Assembly (NCBI GenBank): GCA_964187785.1
Contig: OZ076409.1
Coordinates: 39,372,001-39,436,000, forward strand
Direction of reading: 5' to 3'
Origin: Amphiscolops sp. MND2022
Taxonomy: Eukaryota
DNA length: 64,000 bases
The translations under genes were made by a program, and so were the position numbers. Numbering within the stretch: the stretch's first letter is position 1; every line of letters starts with the position of its first letter. Below the pieces are notes generated by a model. That model did not search any database. It was not told where the DNA came from and saw only the letters and a list, made by a program, of their open reading frames with translations. Shown piece by piece: positions 1 to 13,795 of this stretch.

Positions 1-479
1 ATTTCTCGGTTGGTCTTTCCTGTGGATCCAGTCTTCACTGTTTTCGTGGTTGTTTGGCTTTGGTGGTTCTTTCCTTCTATAGACACAAGTTGTTTGTGGC
101 TCGGTTGATTTGGAGCAAGACCGTTGATCCGCAGTCGTTTGTCGAGTGGTTATCCGTTTCGTCGGTGTTGTATTGTTCTGAAATGGTAATGGGTTGGATA
201 TTAGTTTTCTGTGTATTACTTTATTTTTATCGGTGATAACTGTATTTTTAGTACCCGAAATAGCTGTTTGTAGTTTGTTACTGAATTTGCTGCCCAGTGA
301 ATTCGTTTTGTAGTTCTTTTCGTAAAAAGAGAAAGGATATTTATTCGTACTGACCGTATTTGGCGGTTTTTTCGTCTGGGAGAAAGTCATTCCCCGTCTG
401 TATTTTGGATCGGTCGTCTTCTTCTTGGACATTACCAAGTGGTCGATGATTTCGCCCGTAGAGCTTCGGGTTATGTACA

Positions 480-3400
480 CGGACAAATCTTTTGAATCGG
501 CTAAAATAGCATTTTTTAAATTGGTTAATTTCGTTCTGGGTTTTCGTCCAAAATGAATTTCAAAAGGTGTTTTTTGTAGTTCAGAATGGGTTGTAAATCT
601 AAGCACATGTAGTGCTTTGTCTAGGCTGTTTCTAAGATTGGTTCCGTCCTCTAAATTGGCGTTTAGTAGGTTCTTCATGGATTGGATGGTTCTCTCAGCC
701 AATCCCGTTCCAGTATGTAGATTTGCTGTACCGTATTTACGGATAATAGTGTTTTCATTACAATATTTGCTAAATTCTTTTGATATGAAAGGGCTTCCTT
801 TGTCTGTTTTAATTGATTCCAGAACACCGTAAATAATGGTATATTCTTTTAGGAATGTAATTACGGATTCATGGTTCGTATTTTTGCAAATTTTTGCTAC
901 CGGCCATCGGCTATTGCTATCGACGGCGATTAGTATAAAGGGGGAGTGTTCAAAATGTTTACTATTTAGATTTCCGGTGAAATCCATTTGGATTTCTTCG
1001 CCAGGGTTTTCCGGTGGTTCTATTTTTGTTTTTTCGGTACTTGGTATTTGACACCTCAAATTCTTACCGGCGTTCAGGCAGGCAGAGCAGGTTTTTGCTT
1101 TTTTCTCAATGTCAGCCCGCATGTTCAGCCACCAGAATATGGCTGCATCGCCACACATCTTGTTGATTTCGGGATGCCCGAAGTGGAGTGCGTTCAGTGC
1201 TGCGTATCTGAGGCTTTTTGGGACGATAATTCTGTCGTCGACCATGGTGATTCCCCAGCGGTGGGGTAATCTCTTTATGATTGGTTTGTAGGCTTCTGGG
1301 GCCTGGCTGAGATTGTTGTCTTCGATGCAGCATTATAGTTCAATCAAGTCCGGGTCTGCGGCGGTTTCTTTGATTAGGGTTTCAAGATCGAGCATGAAGT
1401 CTAATTCTGCCGCTCTAACATTATCTTCTTGCTTTTTGTTCCTTGTGGCTTTGTTTTCTATTACGCGGTTGATGCGTACGTAGCGTACCGCGATTTCCTC
1501 GATTGGCCCGTCTCTGAATTCTTGTACCGGGATAGCCGGGTATGCGCCGGGTTCTTGAGTTGTGACGGGTTCTTCGGGGGTGGAGGAAACCGTCGACTCG
1601 GTCTCTCCATTGGTTTCCATTGGTGTTTCTATCAATCGGCCTTGTTCTTGGTGTTCCTGTGTCGATTGGTCACCAAAACTTTTGAAATATCTTTCGCCGA
1701 TATGAGTTATTCGGTGTTCTTCTTTCCGCTTTAGTCGGTGATCAATTCGTTTTACTTCTTTTCGTTCTTCTTCGTCCGGTCTTCTCGGTACTAGAATTTG
1801 TCTTTCTAGTTTCTTGTTGTAGTGGTGGCGCATGTTCCCGGGTTTTGTTAGTGCGATCCGTTGTCTCACTTTGGTTTCTGGCGAATTGTCTCATCTCTTT
1901 ATGATCTTCATGATTGTATCATCCGCGCCCCAATGGTATTTTAGTCCCCCTCTTCGTCTCTGGGATATCTCTCCGGTTCTTGTGTATCTTTGTTGTTGTT
2001 GTTGTCCATTGTCTGGTTCTTTTCTAATTTCAAATGATAATTGTCTGTCACGGTGTGATTAATGTAATTAGCGGTCGTTTGAAAGTTTGAATGATTGTTT
2101 GTTTTAATGCAGCGCGTACCAGTCTGAGTGCGTCGCGTATCATGCATGACTGCCGTCTTGGAGTGATTTGATTGGTTGAAAATCCGGCCGATGCGGTAAT
2201 TTGCCGTTGCAAGCTGCGCGATGGCGTTGATCACGAATTCTTCTTCGTAATTTTCTTCCGGTTCCGCTATTTCGGTGGGATTTCTACTGATAAAATCCGT
2301 GAATTTGATTTCTTTTCCTGCGGTGTATTTTAATGTGATGTCGAAATGATTGAGTCTGTCAAGCCACTGGGTTAGTCGGGCGCTATATTGTTTCTTTGAT
2401 TTATTCTTTTTCAAAAGTGGTTCCAGGGCTTGGTGGTCGGAGAATAATTGAACTTGTTTTCCGTATAGGTGAACTCTGAACCGTTCTAATCCCCATACTA
2501 CCGCCAGTAGTTCTAGTTCTCCGACTGAATATTTTTTTCTGCGTCGTTAAGGTATCGGCTGGCGAATGCTATTGGTTTTAGGTCTCCATTGCTTTGTTTC
2601 TGCCATAATGCTATTCCAAGACCGGTACCGCAAGCGTCGGTGGTTACAAGTTTTCTTTGTTTCCGTTGTAGTGTGCAAGGCATGGTTGCGAAGTTAGTTC
2701 TTTCTTGATTTTGTTGAAATCGGTGTTTCGTTCTTCTGTCCATTCCCATTTCGTGTTTTTCTTGAGTAATTGTCTCATGTTGTCGGTTTTTTCGGATAAA
2801 TTTGGGATGAATTTTGCAAAATATTGGATCGCCCCCAAAAAGGATTTGAGTGTTTTTGTGTTGGTTGGTGGGTTTAGTTTGTTTATGGCTTCCGTCTTTT
2901 CTTTGTTCGGTCTTATTCCGTCCTGGGCAATAGTTTGTCCCAGCCAGACTGTCTCCTTTAGGTAGAATTTCGACTTTTTCTTGCTCGCCTTGTAGCCTTC
3001 GTTTTCGAGTTTTGTGAGTACTGATTCTAATTTTTTGGTGTGTTTTTCTTTTGTGCCCCGTGTGACCACTATGATGTCGTCTAGCCATACGGGTGTTTCG
3101 TGTCCGAGCGTACGGTCTATCTCCTCTTGGAATATTGTGGGTATGTCTGCTGGGCCGTAAAATCCTTTTCGGAAACGGTAATATCCATTGATTTTTTCTC
3201 CTGTGATTGCGAAGTTGCAATGTTTGCTTGTATCGGATGCTAGTTTCATTTGGCCGTATGCATAGTCCAGATCTATTACGGATATCCAAATTGGGTTGGT
3301 ATCGTTTTTTGATAGTTCCGCGGATATTTGGTTGAGTAATTCATCCATGTTCGGCATGTGTGGTCTTTTCTTTATGCAGCTATCGTTCAGTTTTCTGGCG

Positions 3401-4962
3401 TCTAGTGCAATTTTGACGGATTTGTCTTTCTTTACCGTAATTACTCCGGGTGATACGAAGCAATCTTCTTCGATTGTTTCTAGTCTTTCTAAGTGTCCGG
3501 ATTCTATTAGTCGGTTCAGTTCGTTTTTTACATCTTCTTGCAAATGGTAGGGTATCAGTCGTGCTTTTTGTTGTATTGGATAGCATCCCGGTTTTATTTG
3601 TATTTTGATCTCGGCGTCTTTTATCGTGTGGTTGGTGTTGAAGAGTTTGTTATATTTTTTGTATACACTTTCTGATTGGTTGGTTTCGTTGTTCAATGAG
3701 ATTTTGTTTATTGTTATTGGCAGTTGTTTTAGCCAATTTACTCCCAGTAGTGGTGTGATATCGTTTCTTTTGGTGATTAGCATCGGTAGTTTGGTTGATA
3801 CCCCGTTGTATTCCGCGGTTACCCATGTTTTTTCCATGAATTTGATTTCGTTTTTGTTTACGTCCTGGTATCTTTCTTTCATTGGTTTGATTTTTTTTGT
3901 TTTGTGTATTTTCTGGTCGTACGGCATGATGGTGACCGGAGATCCGGTGTCGATGATAAATTTTTGCTTTTCTCCGTTTATTATCATTTCGACGCGGTAG
4001 TGGTCAATATTGTCGGGTAGTATTTTGTTTATTTGTGTTATTTGGCGGATTTCTTTGGGTTCGCTTTCTTCTTCTTCTTCTGAACTTCTTTCTTCCAGGT
4101 AATTGATTCTTCTTTGGTCGTTTCTGTTTTGTTTACTGCGGCATACTCGTGCGAAGTGGCCCATTGTCTGGCAATTGTTGCATTTCGCGTTTTTTGCCGG
4201 GCATGTGTGTTGTGGGTTCCAATTTTGTTGTCCGCAAAATCCGCAGTTGTTTTTCTTTTGTGTTGTTCTATCACCGTATTTATCGGTTTTGAATTTTGGT
4301 TGTATTTTTTGGATTGGTTCTTCTTTGATTACTTTATCTTTTGCAAGTGCAGCTGGTATGGTAGATTGTTTGTGTCGGCGGTCGTAGCTGTTTTTTGTGA
4401 TAAGCTCTACGGTGGTTTTCAGGTTTAGGGTCTTCTCGCGGATAAGTTTCTCCCGAAGTTTTTTATCGGTTATACTCGTGATGAATTTCGATATTATTAT
4501 GTCTTCCTGTTTAATATCTTTGAATTCGCAGTTCTTTTCGAGTGTTATCAGCTTTTTCCAGTGTTCTTCTGGTGTCTCGTTTTCTTCTTGTTTAGCCCAG
4601 AAAAAATCTCCGCGGCTATGGTACGTATTTCTTTTCGGCATGTAATACTCTTTCAATAGCTGTATTAATTTGTCGGTTGTAATTGTATCTGGGTCCGTAT
4701 TGAATTCGCCTTTTGTGATAATTTCAATTGCTGACGGTCCGGCGCCCCAGATAAAATCTTGTCTGATATCTGGTTCTTTTGTATTCCACGGGTCTCCGGT
4801 CGGTACCGTATCATCCGTTAGTATCGGTTTGATGTCGATATTATAGATTCTTTTTATGTAATGCCGGAGTCTTTCGGTCCATTCTTTGGGTGTATATAAT
4901 TTCTTTCCGTCTAATCCGGTGTCTTCTAAACTTGGTAGTTGTATCTTGGTTGCTACGGCCAT
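480..4962 (-). pseudogene. Gag-Pol polyprotein, disrupted by frameshifts/stops after RT
   Basis: CGFC..H..C and CNNC..GH..C knuckles; protease IDTGS; RT DLDYAYGQ and WLDD; RNase H TDACGTG and DFISRNP; integrase HFGH..CSAC, MDFTG, TDKGSPF, LAERTIQ spread over several frames. Confidence 0.9.
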
Positions 4963-5028
4963 TCTAGTGTAGTTGTGTGTTGGTAGGGTAGAAAGGGTAA
5001 AAGAGGTGAACAAATTCAGTAAATGGAA

Positions 5029-5046
5029 ATCTTGCTTACTGCGCCA
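5029..5046 (-). promoter_or_regulatory. Primer-binding site (tRNA 3'-end complement, possibly Ser)
   Basis: Minus strand reads ...AACA|TGGCGCAGTAAGCAAGA directly after the LTR end. Confidence 0.65.
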
Positions 5047-5260
5047 TGTTAAGATCGCTAAATCTAAGTTTAAAACAGGTTAGGTACAGTAGTTTCTCTT
5101 CAGCTGTATTGTATCTATCTCAAATGTATAATGGTAAAGTATGTATCTTTTACACCATATCAACTAAACATAAATAGAGCAGTAGCTAAGTCAGTTGTTT
5201 ATGAGTTTGTTTGACAACAACACTGTTGCTCTTTTTGGGTTGTGACCTTCGTATGTCACA
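5047..5260 (-). repeat. Putative short 5' LTR
   Basis: Imperfect terminal inverted ends (tgttaagatcg / cgtatgtcaca), adjacent to the PBS. The partner LTR is not in the window, so the outer boundary is uncertain. Confidence 0.5.
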
Positions 5261-6072
5261 CACAGAAAATTATTCCGTATGGGCAAATTCATTAATAAAA
5301 AATTGGCATACTAGCAGTAGCTTGTTGACAAACAGTTCAATTTTGAAACGTTTTAGGAACAAATTATTGGTATTCCAAGAAACGGAACAATATAAAAGTT
5401 TTCAATCAAAAAATATCATCAACAATCCGGAAACCATACGGAATATATCTTTTATCTTTATTAAGTAAATAATACTCTTAAATTTGATGTTTCTTCCTAT
5501 CATGTCCATGTTGTATTCTAGACTTGTAAAATAAAGCAGCTTTCTAAAGTAGTTCTAAAAACTTTCTTTTCTATACCAATGGTACTATAGCATGTCAAAA
5601 CGTAAAGTGATATCTCAAAGTTTTATATCAAGTGTTTTTGTTTGCAAATAAAGCAGGTAATGTCTATGACCGAACTCGGTAGAGGTTAAATGTCTACTCC
5701 GGTAATTGACGGAAGAATCGTATAACAATCCAATTGTTTTTTGAGTCAAAAACCTGCCAGTTCGTTTTCATTTTCGATGAGTAAAGTCGATTCTATTGGA
5801 AGAAAAGTTTTTCATATTCAGTGATTCACCGATAGAAAAACGAGTTCTGAACTGTTTAGTTCAAAAATTGACAGATATTGCAACGTTTATAACCTCGAAA
5901 AACGTACTACGTTCCGTATTTTGCAAAATACGGAATTAAGGCGACCACGAACATTTCGTTTCCGAAACTGCGAAACGAAGCGTATTCATTCCAAAACCGT
6001 TAGAAGATTCTCGACCTGTTTAAAAACGCTGGTTTTGGTCTCTCGAATGAAACCCCTGCAACACGTCATTGG

Positions 6073-6272
6073 TCATCCCATCCCTGTTTTGAGCATGCGG
6101 CTAATTGCGTTGATACCACATGAACAACAAATACTACTGAGTGCCCAGTTACAGAAATTCAGAATGTTGACAGCTGCAACGAACACAAGCCAGATCCAGA
6201 TGAACAGAAATAGTACTTCGTAGATTCCAATCATGTTAATCTCACAAATGAAGCTCCAGGATTCTTTGTTTC
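6073..6272 (-). CDS. Innexin A, last exon (second extracellular loop end, TM4, very short C-tail)
   Basis: Acceptor gtgtttAG, phase 1. Reads GNKESWSFICEINMIGIYEVLFLFIWIWLVFV...ISRMLKTGMG*, matching the innexin C..N..EK.F.F.W.W pattern. Confidence 0.85.
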
Positions 6273-6840
6273 CTAAACACCAGCAACTTAGAAAAAGATG
6301 ATATTACTTGTCCCTTAGTGCGAAAAAAACGATATCACAGAATGCGTTGTTAGATTCTTCTTCTTCGTTATATTAGATGCGTTGTATATTAGAATGCATT
6401 ATATTGGATAATTTGTTCTCCGAAATTGCAATCAACGTAGTCCAAATCAGACATTATTTTTTGTTGGCATCTACCTAGATTCAAATTGCACTCGCGAGAT
6501 TCGGCTTGTTCGCTGGTAAGCAAACTTTCAAATCCCTGGACAAACTTTGCATGTATAATCTCACCTACTAAATTTATGAAAGTTTGATAAGTTCTGTCAC
6601 TTCGTGGATCTTAAAAGTCATTACAATAGTGTGCTCGTTCTTCGAAAATAGGTTAGCATGTATTTCTGATCGAGAGACAAACTGGCTGCTCGAAAGTGTC
6701 TTTCCACTTCAACTTTATTCGCAGGATGACCTCGAATTCTGATCTTAAAACTGTTGAAGCCATTGGCACTATTTCACAATCAGAAAAGATCTCAAGATAA
6801 CTGGCTTCCTTTGGTTTTAGGATCCACGAGTAACGCTTAC

Positions 6841-7096
6841 CTGAAAGCGTAAGATCTTTCCAGCAAAATACCATTTTTGGAAGCAATGTATCGTGCAGCA
6901 GAGGCCAGGTAAAGAAACTCTGCAACGTTTCCGAGTGGGTATAAGCCATATCTAACCCGTAGCTTGTGAAGTCCACGTTGAAAATCTTGTCGAAGTATAT
7001 TATAATAACGAATGCAACTGTAATATGCACCCATTTGATCACCAAATACAATAGTGTCAAGGCACAACGGCAGTTATTGAAACACGGAATAGGGGG
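6841..7096 (-). CDS. Innexin A exon (TM3 and second extracellular loop)
   Basis: Acceptor attttAG, donor GTaagc. Reads PPIPCFNNCRCALTLLYLVIKW...LLPKMVFCWKDLTLS; phases match both neighbours. Confidence 0.88.
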
Positions 7097-7274
7097 CTAA
7101 AATAATCAGGTAAAAAAAATTTATTCGAACTTTCTGTGGTTGAAAAACCTAACTTTTTTGAATAGCGAAAAGAGAGAAAAAACAATCATTGTAAACTTTT
7201 ACAACAACTTTGAATGTGTCGCAGTCTCGGCGATAATCAAGACAACCAAAAATGAAAACGAAAGTGAGACAAAC

Positions 7275-7459
7275 CGAATTCTTTTTCGGGTTGAGATAAA
7301 AATCGATTTGCCGAGCTGCTATTTTGGCTGTTTGCATGGAAACTTTTTCGTTCATCCCAGCCACTGCATTACCGAGTGTCTTTGTGAGAAGGTCAATGTT
7401 GAGACCCCAGAAATTGCTGAATGACTTGAACACCCACATCGGAAGAATAAACAAGACGG
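7275..7459 (-). CDS. Innexin A exon (TM2 end and cytoplasmic loop)
   Basis: Acceptor ttctAG, donor GTttgt. Reads AVLFILPMWVFKSFSNFWGLNIDLL...YLNPKKNS, with the conserved TM2 proline. Confidence 0.85.
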
Positions 7460-7778
7460 CTAGAACAAAAGTTTTTTGGAAGAGAGAATCTTACACTGCA
7501 CTGTAAGATATTTCTGCTTGACTTCATGCATTTTCCCTCCTTCAGAACGTGGGCCTCGTTGTTTTGCCCAGTTCATCGGAGTTCTCCGAACATAGATCAA
7601 AACTCTTTTCAGCTGGAAAATTTAATTCATTATAAGGAAGCCCCTTCACAGCCGCCCCTTCAAAATTAAAGTATGACAACACCCCTGAATTCCCTTTTCT
7701 TCCACCCCTGGACTAATGTTAGCTCGGTTTCATTTCCTTATCAATATCGAAATCATCACGAATCAAAGATTGGCTGAC

Positions 7779-7946
7779 CAGGTAGTAAAAGTATCGCAGG
7801 TATCCATTTATAAACATTCTGTATTTCAACACGCTTGTCCACGGGCACAATCGTATGGAATGAATCCGACTCCCAGCAGTGTCTCCCCGTGTTCTCGACC
7901 CACTTCTTACTGAAATTTGCAGGTGTCCAACATGATAAAGGCTCAC
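7779..7946 (-). CDS. Innexin A exon (first extracellular loop with two Cys, TM2 start)
   Basis: Reads GEPLSCWTPANFSKKWVENTGRHCWESDSF...VYKWIPAILLLP, i.e. the innexin G.PI.CW.P..F...W......CW motif and a YYQWVP-like motif. Not in the ORF track. Confidence 0.9.
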
Positions 7947-8263
7947 CTGAAATCAGTTGTGAGTTTAAAATGCGCTTTAGAATTTTCAGGCTTTTGAGAG
8001 TGAGTCGACTATTGAATTGACTTTCTTTGTTTCATTGTACTGCCAAAATCAACCTAACTCTGATCATATGTAAACTTCCACTTGGTAAATTCTAAAACCT
8101 TGAAGTATACAAGAGCTAATTGGTTACACCTGACAGCAATAAAGAAACGATATGACAGTTTAGGGAAAGCTTCTCAAGAAGTTGAGTGTTTGGTATGTCC
8201 TTCAAGTGTCATGTGTTCTTTTGCAACTCGAAGTTATTAAACTCCGTTTTATTAAAAACACAT

Positions 8264-9665
8264 AGGCGCGACGGCATGTCGCGTTTGGGCACGAACAGAA
8301 ACGTTCAATGGTCTGCAGAAGGTGTTAGTACTTCTTTGTGTTCCAGGGCCCACAACCTTGTGAACTTATCCAGTCTCAGATGCGGATATTTTGATGAAAG
8401 AACTAAAAAGATGAAGGAAATTTTTTTTTGAGAAAAATGAAAAAATGTATTTTTGGCAGAAACCCGAAGGCGTCATACTTCATGACGGAAACTTTGATAG
8501 TACAAAAAGTAGCCTACATACTTGCCTCACTTTGTGAGGGAGAATGGTTTTCATATCTATTTCCAGTTCGGAGAAAAATCAGCTACAAATTGGAAAAAAA
8601 TGGAAAAAATTCAGAAAAAAATTTTCATTACTTTATTTGCTAAAAAAATCCAGAGCGAAAAAATTTCGACATCACTTTTAGCCTAAAACGTAGCCTACAT
8701 AAGCCTCGTAAAATTAACGAAACCATGAACCCCATATTTGGTCTCGGTCATGAGATATACGAGCTCAAGTTAAAAAGAACCAAGTAATTTTTTTGAAAAA
8801 AGTAAGGTTTTTTGGCAAAAAAACGAAGGCGTCATACTTGATGACGGTAACTTTGTTGGTCCAACAATTAGCCTATATCTATGCTGTTCTTCTCGAAAGA
8901 GAACGGTTTCTGTATCTTTTATCAGTTTTGAGAAATATGAGCTTGGAATGTGAAAAAATTTTTCGAAAAATTTTTTGTCCTCTCATTCGCCCAAAAACAC
9001 CGAGTATGAAAAAAATTTTGACGTCATTTTTAGGCCAAAATGAAGCCTATAAAACGCTTGTACAATGTACGAAACCATGGACATTGTATTCGGCCTCAGT
9101 TCTGAGATATAGGAGATCAAAGATGAAAAATTGTTAAAAATAGCGTTTTTTCAAAACTTCTTTTGAAAAAAACCCATGAAGCCGAATTTTTTTCGAAAAC
9201 TTTTTTCGGCAAAAATGTAGCCTAGGATCTTGCGCAACTTTTAGCGAAAACATGATGTCCGTATCTGTTCTGGATTTTGAGAAATTTGCCTCACAAGTTC
9301 GAAAAATTGGCACATGTCACGAAATCTCGCGAAAAAAAAACATCACCATATGGGCATCTCGCAAAGCTCGTGCCCCAAAAATATGGAAAAAGTAAATCTT
9401 CCAGTATTTGTTGTTTTTCTTATTTCGAGGATGTGAAAAATCCAGATTCAACCGTTCCAGAACTCTGACAGAAAAAATATTGGAAAACGGGTAAATCAAT
9501 GTAAATTGGCTGGCTTAGAGAGTCTTTTCTCAAACATTTCTCAATCGAGCCTGCACCTTTTCAAAAAATTAATTCAAAAAGTACTATTTCTTTTTGAGAT
9601 CAACTTATTTGGTGTACTTCAAGTTAAAACAACTACAGTATGGTTCAGACATGTTGAGTGCGCCT
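8264..9665. mobile_element. Probable non-autonomous DNA element with degenerate ~355-bp internal repeats
   Basis: Imperfect inverted ends (aggcgcgacggcatgtc / gacatgttgagtgcgcct). cgaaggcgtcatactt recurs at ~8465 and ~8824, and aaaccatg at ~8720 and ~9072. Confidence 0.45.
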
Positions 9666-11272
9666 TTCATTGCAAAAAGAAATTTGTTTGATTACCAAAT
9701 CTCATGATCGTGAAATCATTTCACTCGTTTCGAAGTTTAAAGACCCGAAATCGAAAATTTCACCATCATTAACCTTTTTTCTTATCAAATTGTTACAGTC
9801 TCAAGCACTTTTTATCATTGTCACCGAAAAAAAATCAGCGGTCGCAGATGTATAGAAAGATCCCAAGCCAAGGCTTGAGAAAGTTCGGGTCAAATGCGAT
9901 TGTTATTCCACCAAAGATTAGAAATCTAGAACAACTGTGAAAACTTTGAAAAAAATAGTGTTTTCAGCAGATTTGGAGCCAAAAGGGTCACCATCGAAAA
10001 AACTCTGCAGTTTTTTGGAAAAAAGATCACAAATTTATGAAGAAAGCCGCCGACATTTGATATTGCGTGATTTTTGTTTTCCGAGGAAGGAGCACTCGGT
10101 ACCTCAACAATGTGTCAATTGAAGACCATATCTCATGTTTTTGAGGCGCAAGTTAATCAAAGACCAAAAACACGCTTCTAAAGTGTCCGAACACCGTAAA
10201 CACCACCAGTTATTTTGATATTAACAAAAGCTACGAGAAAAAATGACTTATCCAGGTTTGGAGTTCGAACAAGAAAACGCACCGGTTCGTACGACGGCAT
10301 TTTCGAACAGCACTTCGAAAAAGTGGCAAGTCTTCGATCGGCCACCCCACAGTCCCAATTTGAGAAAAATTGAATACCTTTTTCTATTGCTAGAAAAGCT
10401 TGCAAAACAGTTCCATTAGATGGATTGAAACAAAAAGTTCAAGAAATTTATTGCTCAAGATACCATTCGAGAACTGAAGACAGCACGGGTCGACTTGAAG
10501 CAGTTATAATTAGCAGAGGACTCATTTTTCGATTCTGATTTTTTTCAAAACTTTGCGATCTTTTTTTTGAGTTTATCTTGAACTATTGTTGTCTTAAACA
10601 AGAACATATTTTTGCCTTACTCTTTATTTTCGAAGTATAGTGAACTCACTGACAGGAATAACCCAAATAAATCTCGCTATTCGAAAAAGGAACATTTATT
10701 TATTAGCTAATCCCAGTGTAATTTTCTTCCAGGTTCACCTTGTGATGAAACACCTTGTGATTGTCAATTAGAATATTTTAATTTCCTAGTTACGGGTCGC
10801 GTTCGATCCGCAGTTTTGGATGTTTTTGAGGCAAAAATATTTCCCTGAGGTGAAAAATCCAATTGACAAAGTCTCGTTAAAATTTTCGGGTGGATTAGCG
10901 CTGTTTTCATTGTAAAATAGTTTCAGAAGTTCCTTCAGGGAGTGGACTATCTGTTACATCTTTCGCGGCAAATGCATTTATAGAGAGATTATTTTAATTG
11001 TTTGAAATTCAAAATGCTTTCAAAAGTCGTCAAAAAATTGACTTCCTAAACAAGTTTACACTACATATACTTACCTTCCTAGCATCATTTGTTCCCGTCA
11101 GCGTACCCTTAAAATCTCAAGAAACTAGTTTTTTCCGAGAAATAATTGAAATAAATTTCAATCATTTCAAACCGACCTCTTTATTTTGACACTTTTTAAC
11201 TTCGGAGATTCAGAACCTCGACCATTATCAACAAACACTTGAAATCATATCAGCGTCTTTTTATTTGTTTAT

Positions 11273-11435
11273 AATCAAAACAGCTCCAGAAGTTTAAAAT
11301 TACCTGATCGCTACGTCGGCAATTTACTAATAGAAATTAGTCTCATTGACGTCAAAGCTACGTCAATTAGATATCACGGCTTGAATTAAAAAATGGACTA
11401 TAGGTGAATTTTAAACTTCTGGGGCTGTTTTGATT
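11273..11435. repeat. Inverted repeat (~33-bp arms, ~96-bp spacer), MITE-like
   Basis: aatcaaaacagctccagaagtttaaaattacct versus aggtgaattttaaacttctggggctgttttgatt. Confidence 0.65.
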
Positions 11436-12008
11436 GGCTGACGCGTTGATGTAGATTAAGATACTTTCGAGTACCATTTTTGAAATTGTGACGTCACAAA
11501 GTCATAACTCACGGAGCAGTATTTTGTTAATTCCCCTGGATGAACTGGTCTTGAAAATATATTTACACCGTTTCCACGTTAAATGAAGCACATCAGATGT
11601 TAAATGAACAACCAATAGAAATTGATTAGCTTGCTACAGCAAATCTCAAATAATGTGAACGAAATCGCAGCTTGAATGAAAGTGTAAGCGAATGCCGCAT
11701 ACGATTTTGTGTACATGTACAGCACTCTTTGGTCAGCGTTTGTTAAATTTGAAAGCGTCGTTGGTGATTCTTATTCGCTAACTCACTTGGAAGCTGATAT
11801 AGTTCACTTGAATTCTGATTGTAAAGCACTTTTAGTTTGGTGGCCGGTGATTGGCTGAAAATTTGGAACGAAAGCCGAGACGATTCACTTAAAATCTGAT
11901 ATGCTTCACTCAACGCGGAAACGGTGTATTACAGACCGTATCGCTGCACAACTGTCACAGCTTACCTTTTAATTTCTAGTTTTAGGTTGTTTTCAGTTTA
12001 ATCCAGTC

Positions 12009-12913
12009 CAGGCCTGTTCGTTTTTCACGGAAAATTTCCTCGATTTTCACGCCACATTTCACGGCAATTTTAACGTAATTTCACGCTCTATTTCACGCGC
12101 AACAACTGAATACACGCTCATTTCACGCTATTTTTACGTTTTTTTTTAAAAAAAAAACAAAATTGATACATCCAAAGATGTAAATCAGAGTTACATTTCA
12201 TTGGTCGAGAGCGATTTCCAAAACATCAATTTTTAGTTTTTTGAAATTTTGACCCACTTACAATTTTTTGATTTCAAAATAATTTTGACAGGAAAATTCT
12301 CCCAACTATTTCGAATCTGACAATATAATTTGTTTTCAAAAATATTGTAAATTGTACTAGAACGAGCTTGTTTTAAGTGGCTATATTTCAAAATCGTATC
12401 TTAATACATGTATTTTTGAAAATCTTAATTTTACAGCGTATTTTCTTTGCGATTTTAGAATGATTTTTTAATCAAAACATATCAGGGGCTTCAGTTAAAT
12501 CAGGGGTGCCAATTGAACATAAAATTTTTCAAAAATTCTAAGTAAAAGTATATCAAAAGTGAGAAAAACCTCAATTTTGGCCTAAATTTGGCTAAAAATG
12601 GCCTATCGTAACTTCTACAGTTTTCATCGCATAATTTTCAAACAAACATATTTGTAAACTAGATAAAAATCTAAGAAACCTTCACTTTTATCATTTTTCA
12701 AAATTCGCTGCTCTTTCAGAGATATTCGATTTTGAGATTTGCCTTTTGTTGCTTTTAATAATATCACTACTGTAGATTTTCTGAGAGTTTACATTTCTCA
12801 CAAATATAAGGCCGATTTCACGCTCATTTATACGCCATTGCACGCAAAAATCCAATCGGCCAATTACACGCTATTTTACACGCGATTCACGCCGTGACAT
12901 ACGCACAAGCCTG
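12009..12913. mobile_element. Non-autonomous hAT-type element (MITE)
   Basis: CAGG...CCTG imperfect TIRs, perfect 8-bp TSD atccagtc (12001-12008 and 12914-12921), subterminal ttcacgc repeats. Confidence 0.88.
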
Positions 12914-13355
12914 ATCCAGTCGAGTGCGGACTGTGACATCCATATTCACCCAAAGTTAGTCGTGAGTCTGAGTTCTTTTTGACCATTCCTATAGTAATGC
13001 AGTATCTTTTGCAGTATCGACTCCACTGCAACACCCTAGATTGTAGAAAACGTAATTCTTGACACTATCTTGCAAGACGTCTTGCAAGATCTAGCAAGTC
13101 AATGCATAATTCTTGCGAACTGTCTTGCAAGATTTGTGCAAGAAATAAATTTACATTGTGTTAGACTTGGTAAGGAAAAGGCCGGACTTTCAAGATGTTT
13201 GCGTGTTTCGACTGAGAAATCGAGTTGCCTATAAAAAGCTTTCGTTCAATTAAACAACACTTAATAAACAATTCTGCTAGTCCCTATTCTCTTACTATCG
13301 AAAAAGCGGTTCCAGAAATTCTTATTTAGAATGATTTTAATTAAATAAGATTTTC

Positions 13356-13795
13356 GGTACTCCTGACTAAGTGTGGTCCCTACAAAGTTTATGCTGCCGG
13401 CCTGAACACTCCTGACTAAGTGTGGTCCCTAGCAAATTCAGAATAGCCAACGTAAAGCAAACATTACATGTAGTTCAAAACAGCAGAATTCAATTTACTA
13501 GCTTTTAGTGCTGTTACAGCCAATATGTATGGAACTTGATTTGAAGAAATTAGCATAATTGTTGTATGGCTTGGTCGCTTCGCTCCCTTCGCCAAGTAGC
13601 AACAATGAGGCATGGCCATATGGCACGTCGCTCCGCTTCGCTTCGCTCCTGCATTTAGGGCACTAGGCGTATATGAACATAGCTGACTACGTTATAATAA
13701 TTATTCTGACAAAATATGCAGGGACCACAATTACATCATAAAGACAACACTTCGTAAGCAGAAATTGCTTGGGACCACACTTAGTCAGGAGTACC
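13356..13795. mobile_element. TIR MITE with 8-bp TSD (Merlin-like GG termini)
   Basis: 25-bp TIR ggtactcctgactaagtgtggtccc; TSD agattttc on both sides; the TIR motif is repeated subterminally. Confidence 0.85.

Larger units (their letters stand above)
1..5260 (-). mobile_element. Ty3/Gypsy LTR retrotransposon (PR-RT-RH-IN order, two CCHC knuckles); 3' end runs off the window
   Basis: Gag-pol ORF 2644..5013 followed by RNase H and integrase fragments. A PBS (TGGCGCAG...) abuts a TG...CA-bounded putative 5' LTR. Confidence 0.93.

Noticed and set aside
54..4645. Numerous plus-strand short ORFs
   Set aside because: They are antisense shadows of the retrotransposon gag-pol.
9950..11000. Possible decayed Polinton/other TE coding remnant
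   Set aside because: No diagnostic motif could be read with confidence.
11580..11880. Possible additional minus-strand exon(s) in the innexin A intron
   Set aside because: Splice-like sites exist, but exons 16006 and 7946 already join in phase, and the translation shows no innexin similarity.
12948..13046. Exon-like segment (LQWSRYCKRYC...)
   Set aside because: Only a superficial resemblance to the innexin loop; no further support.
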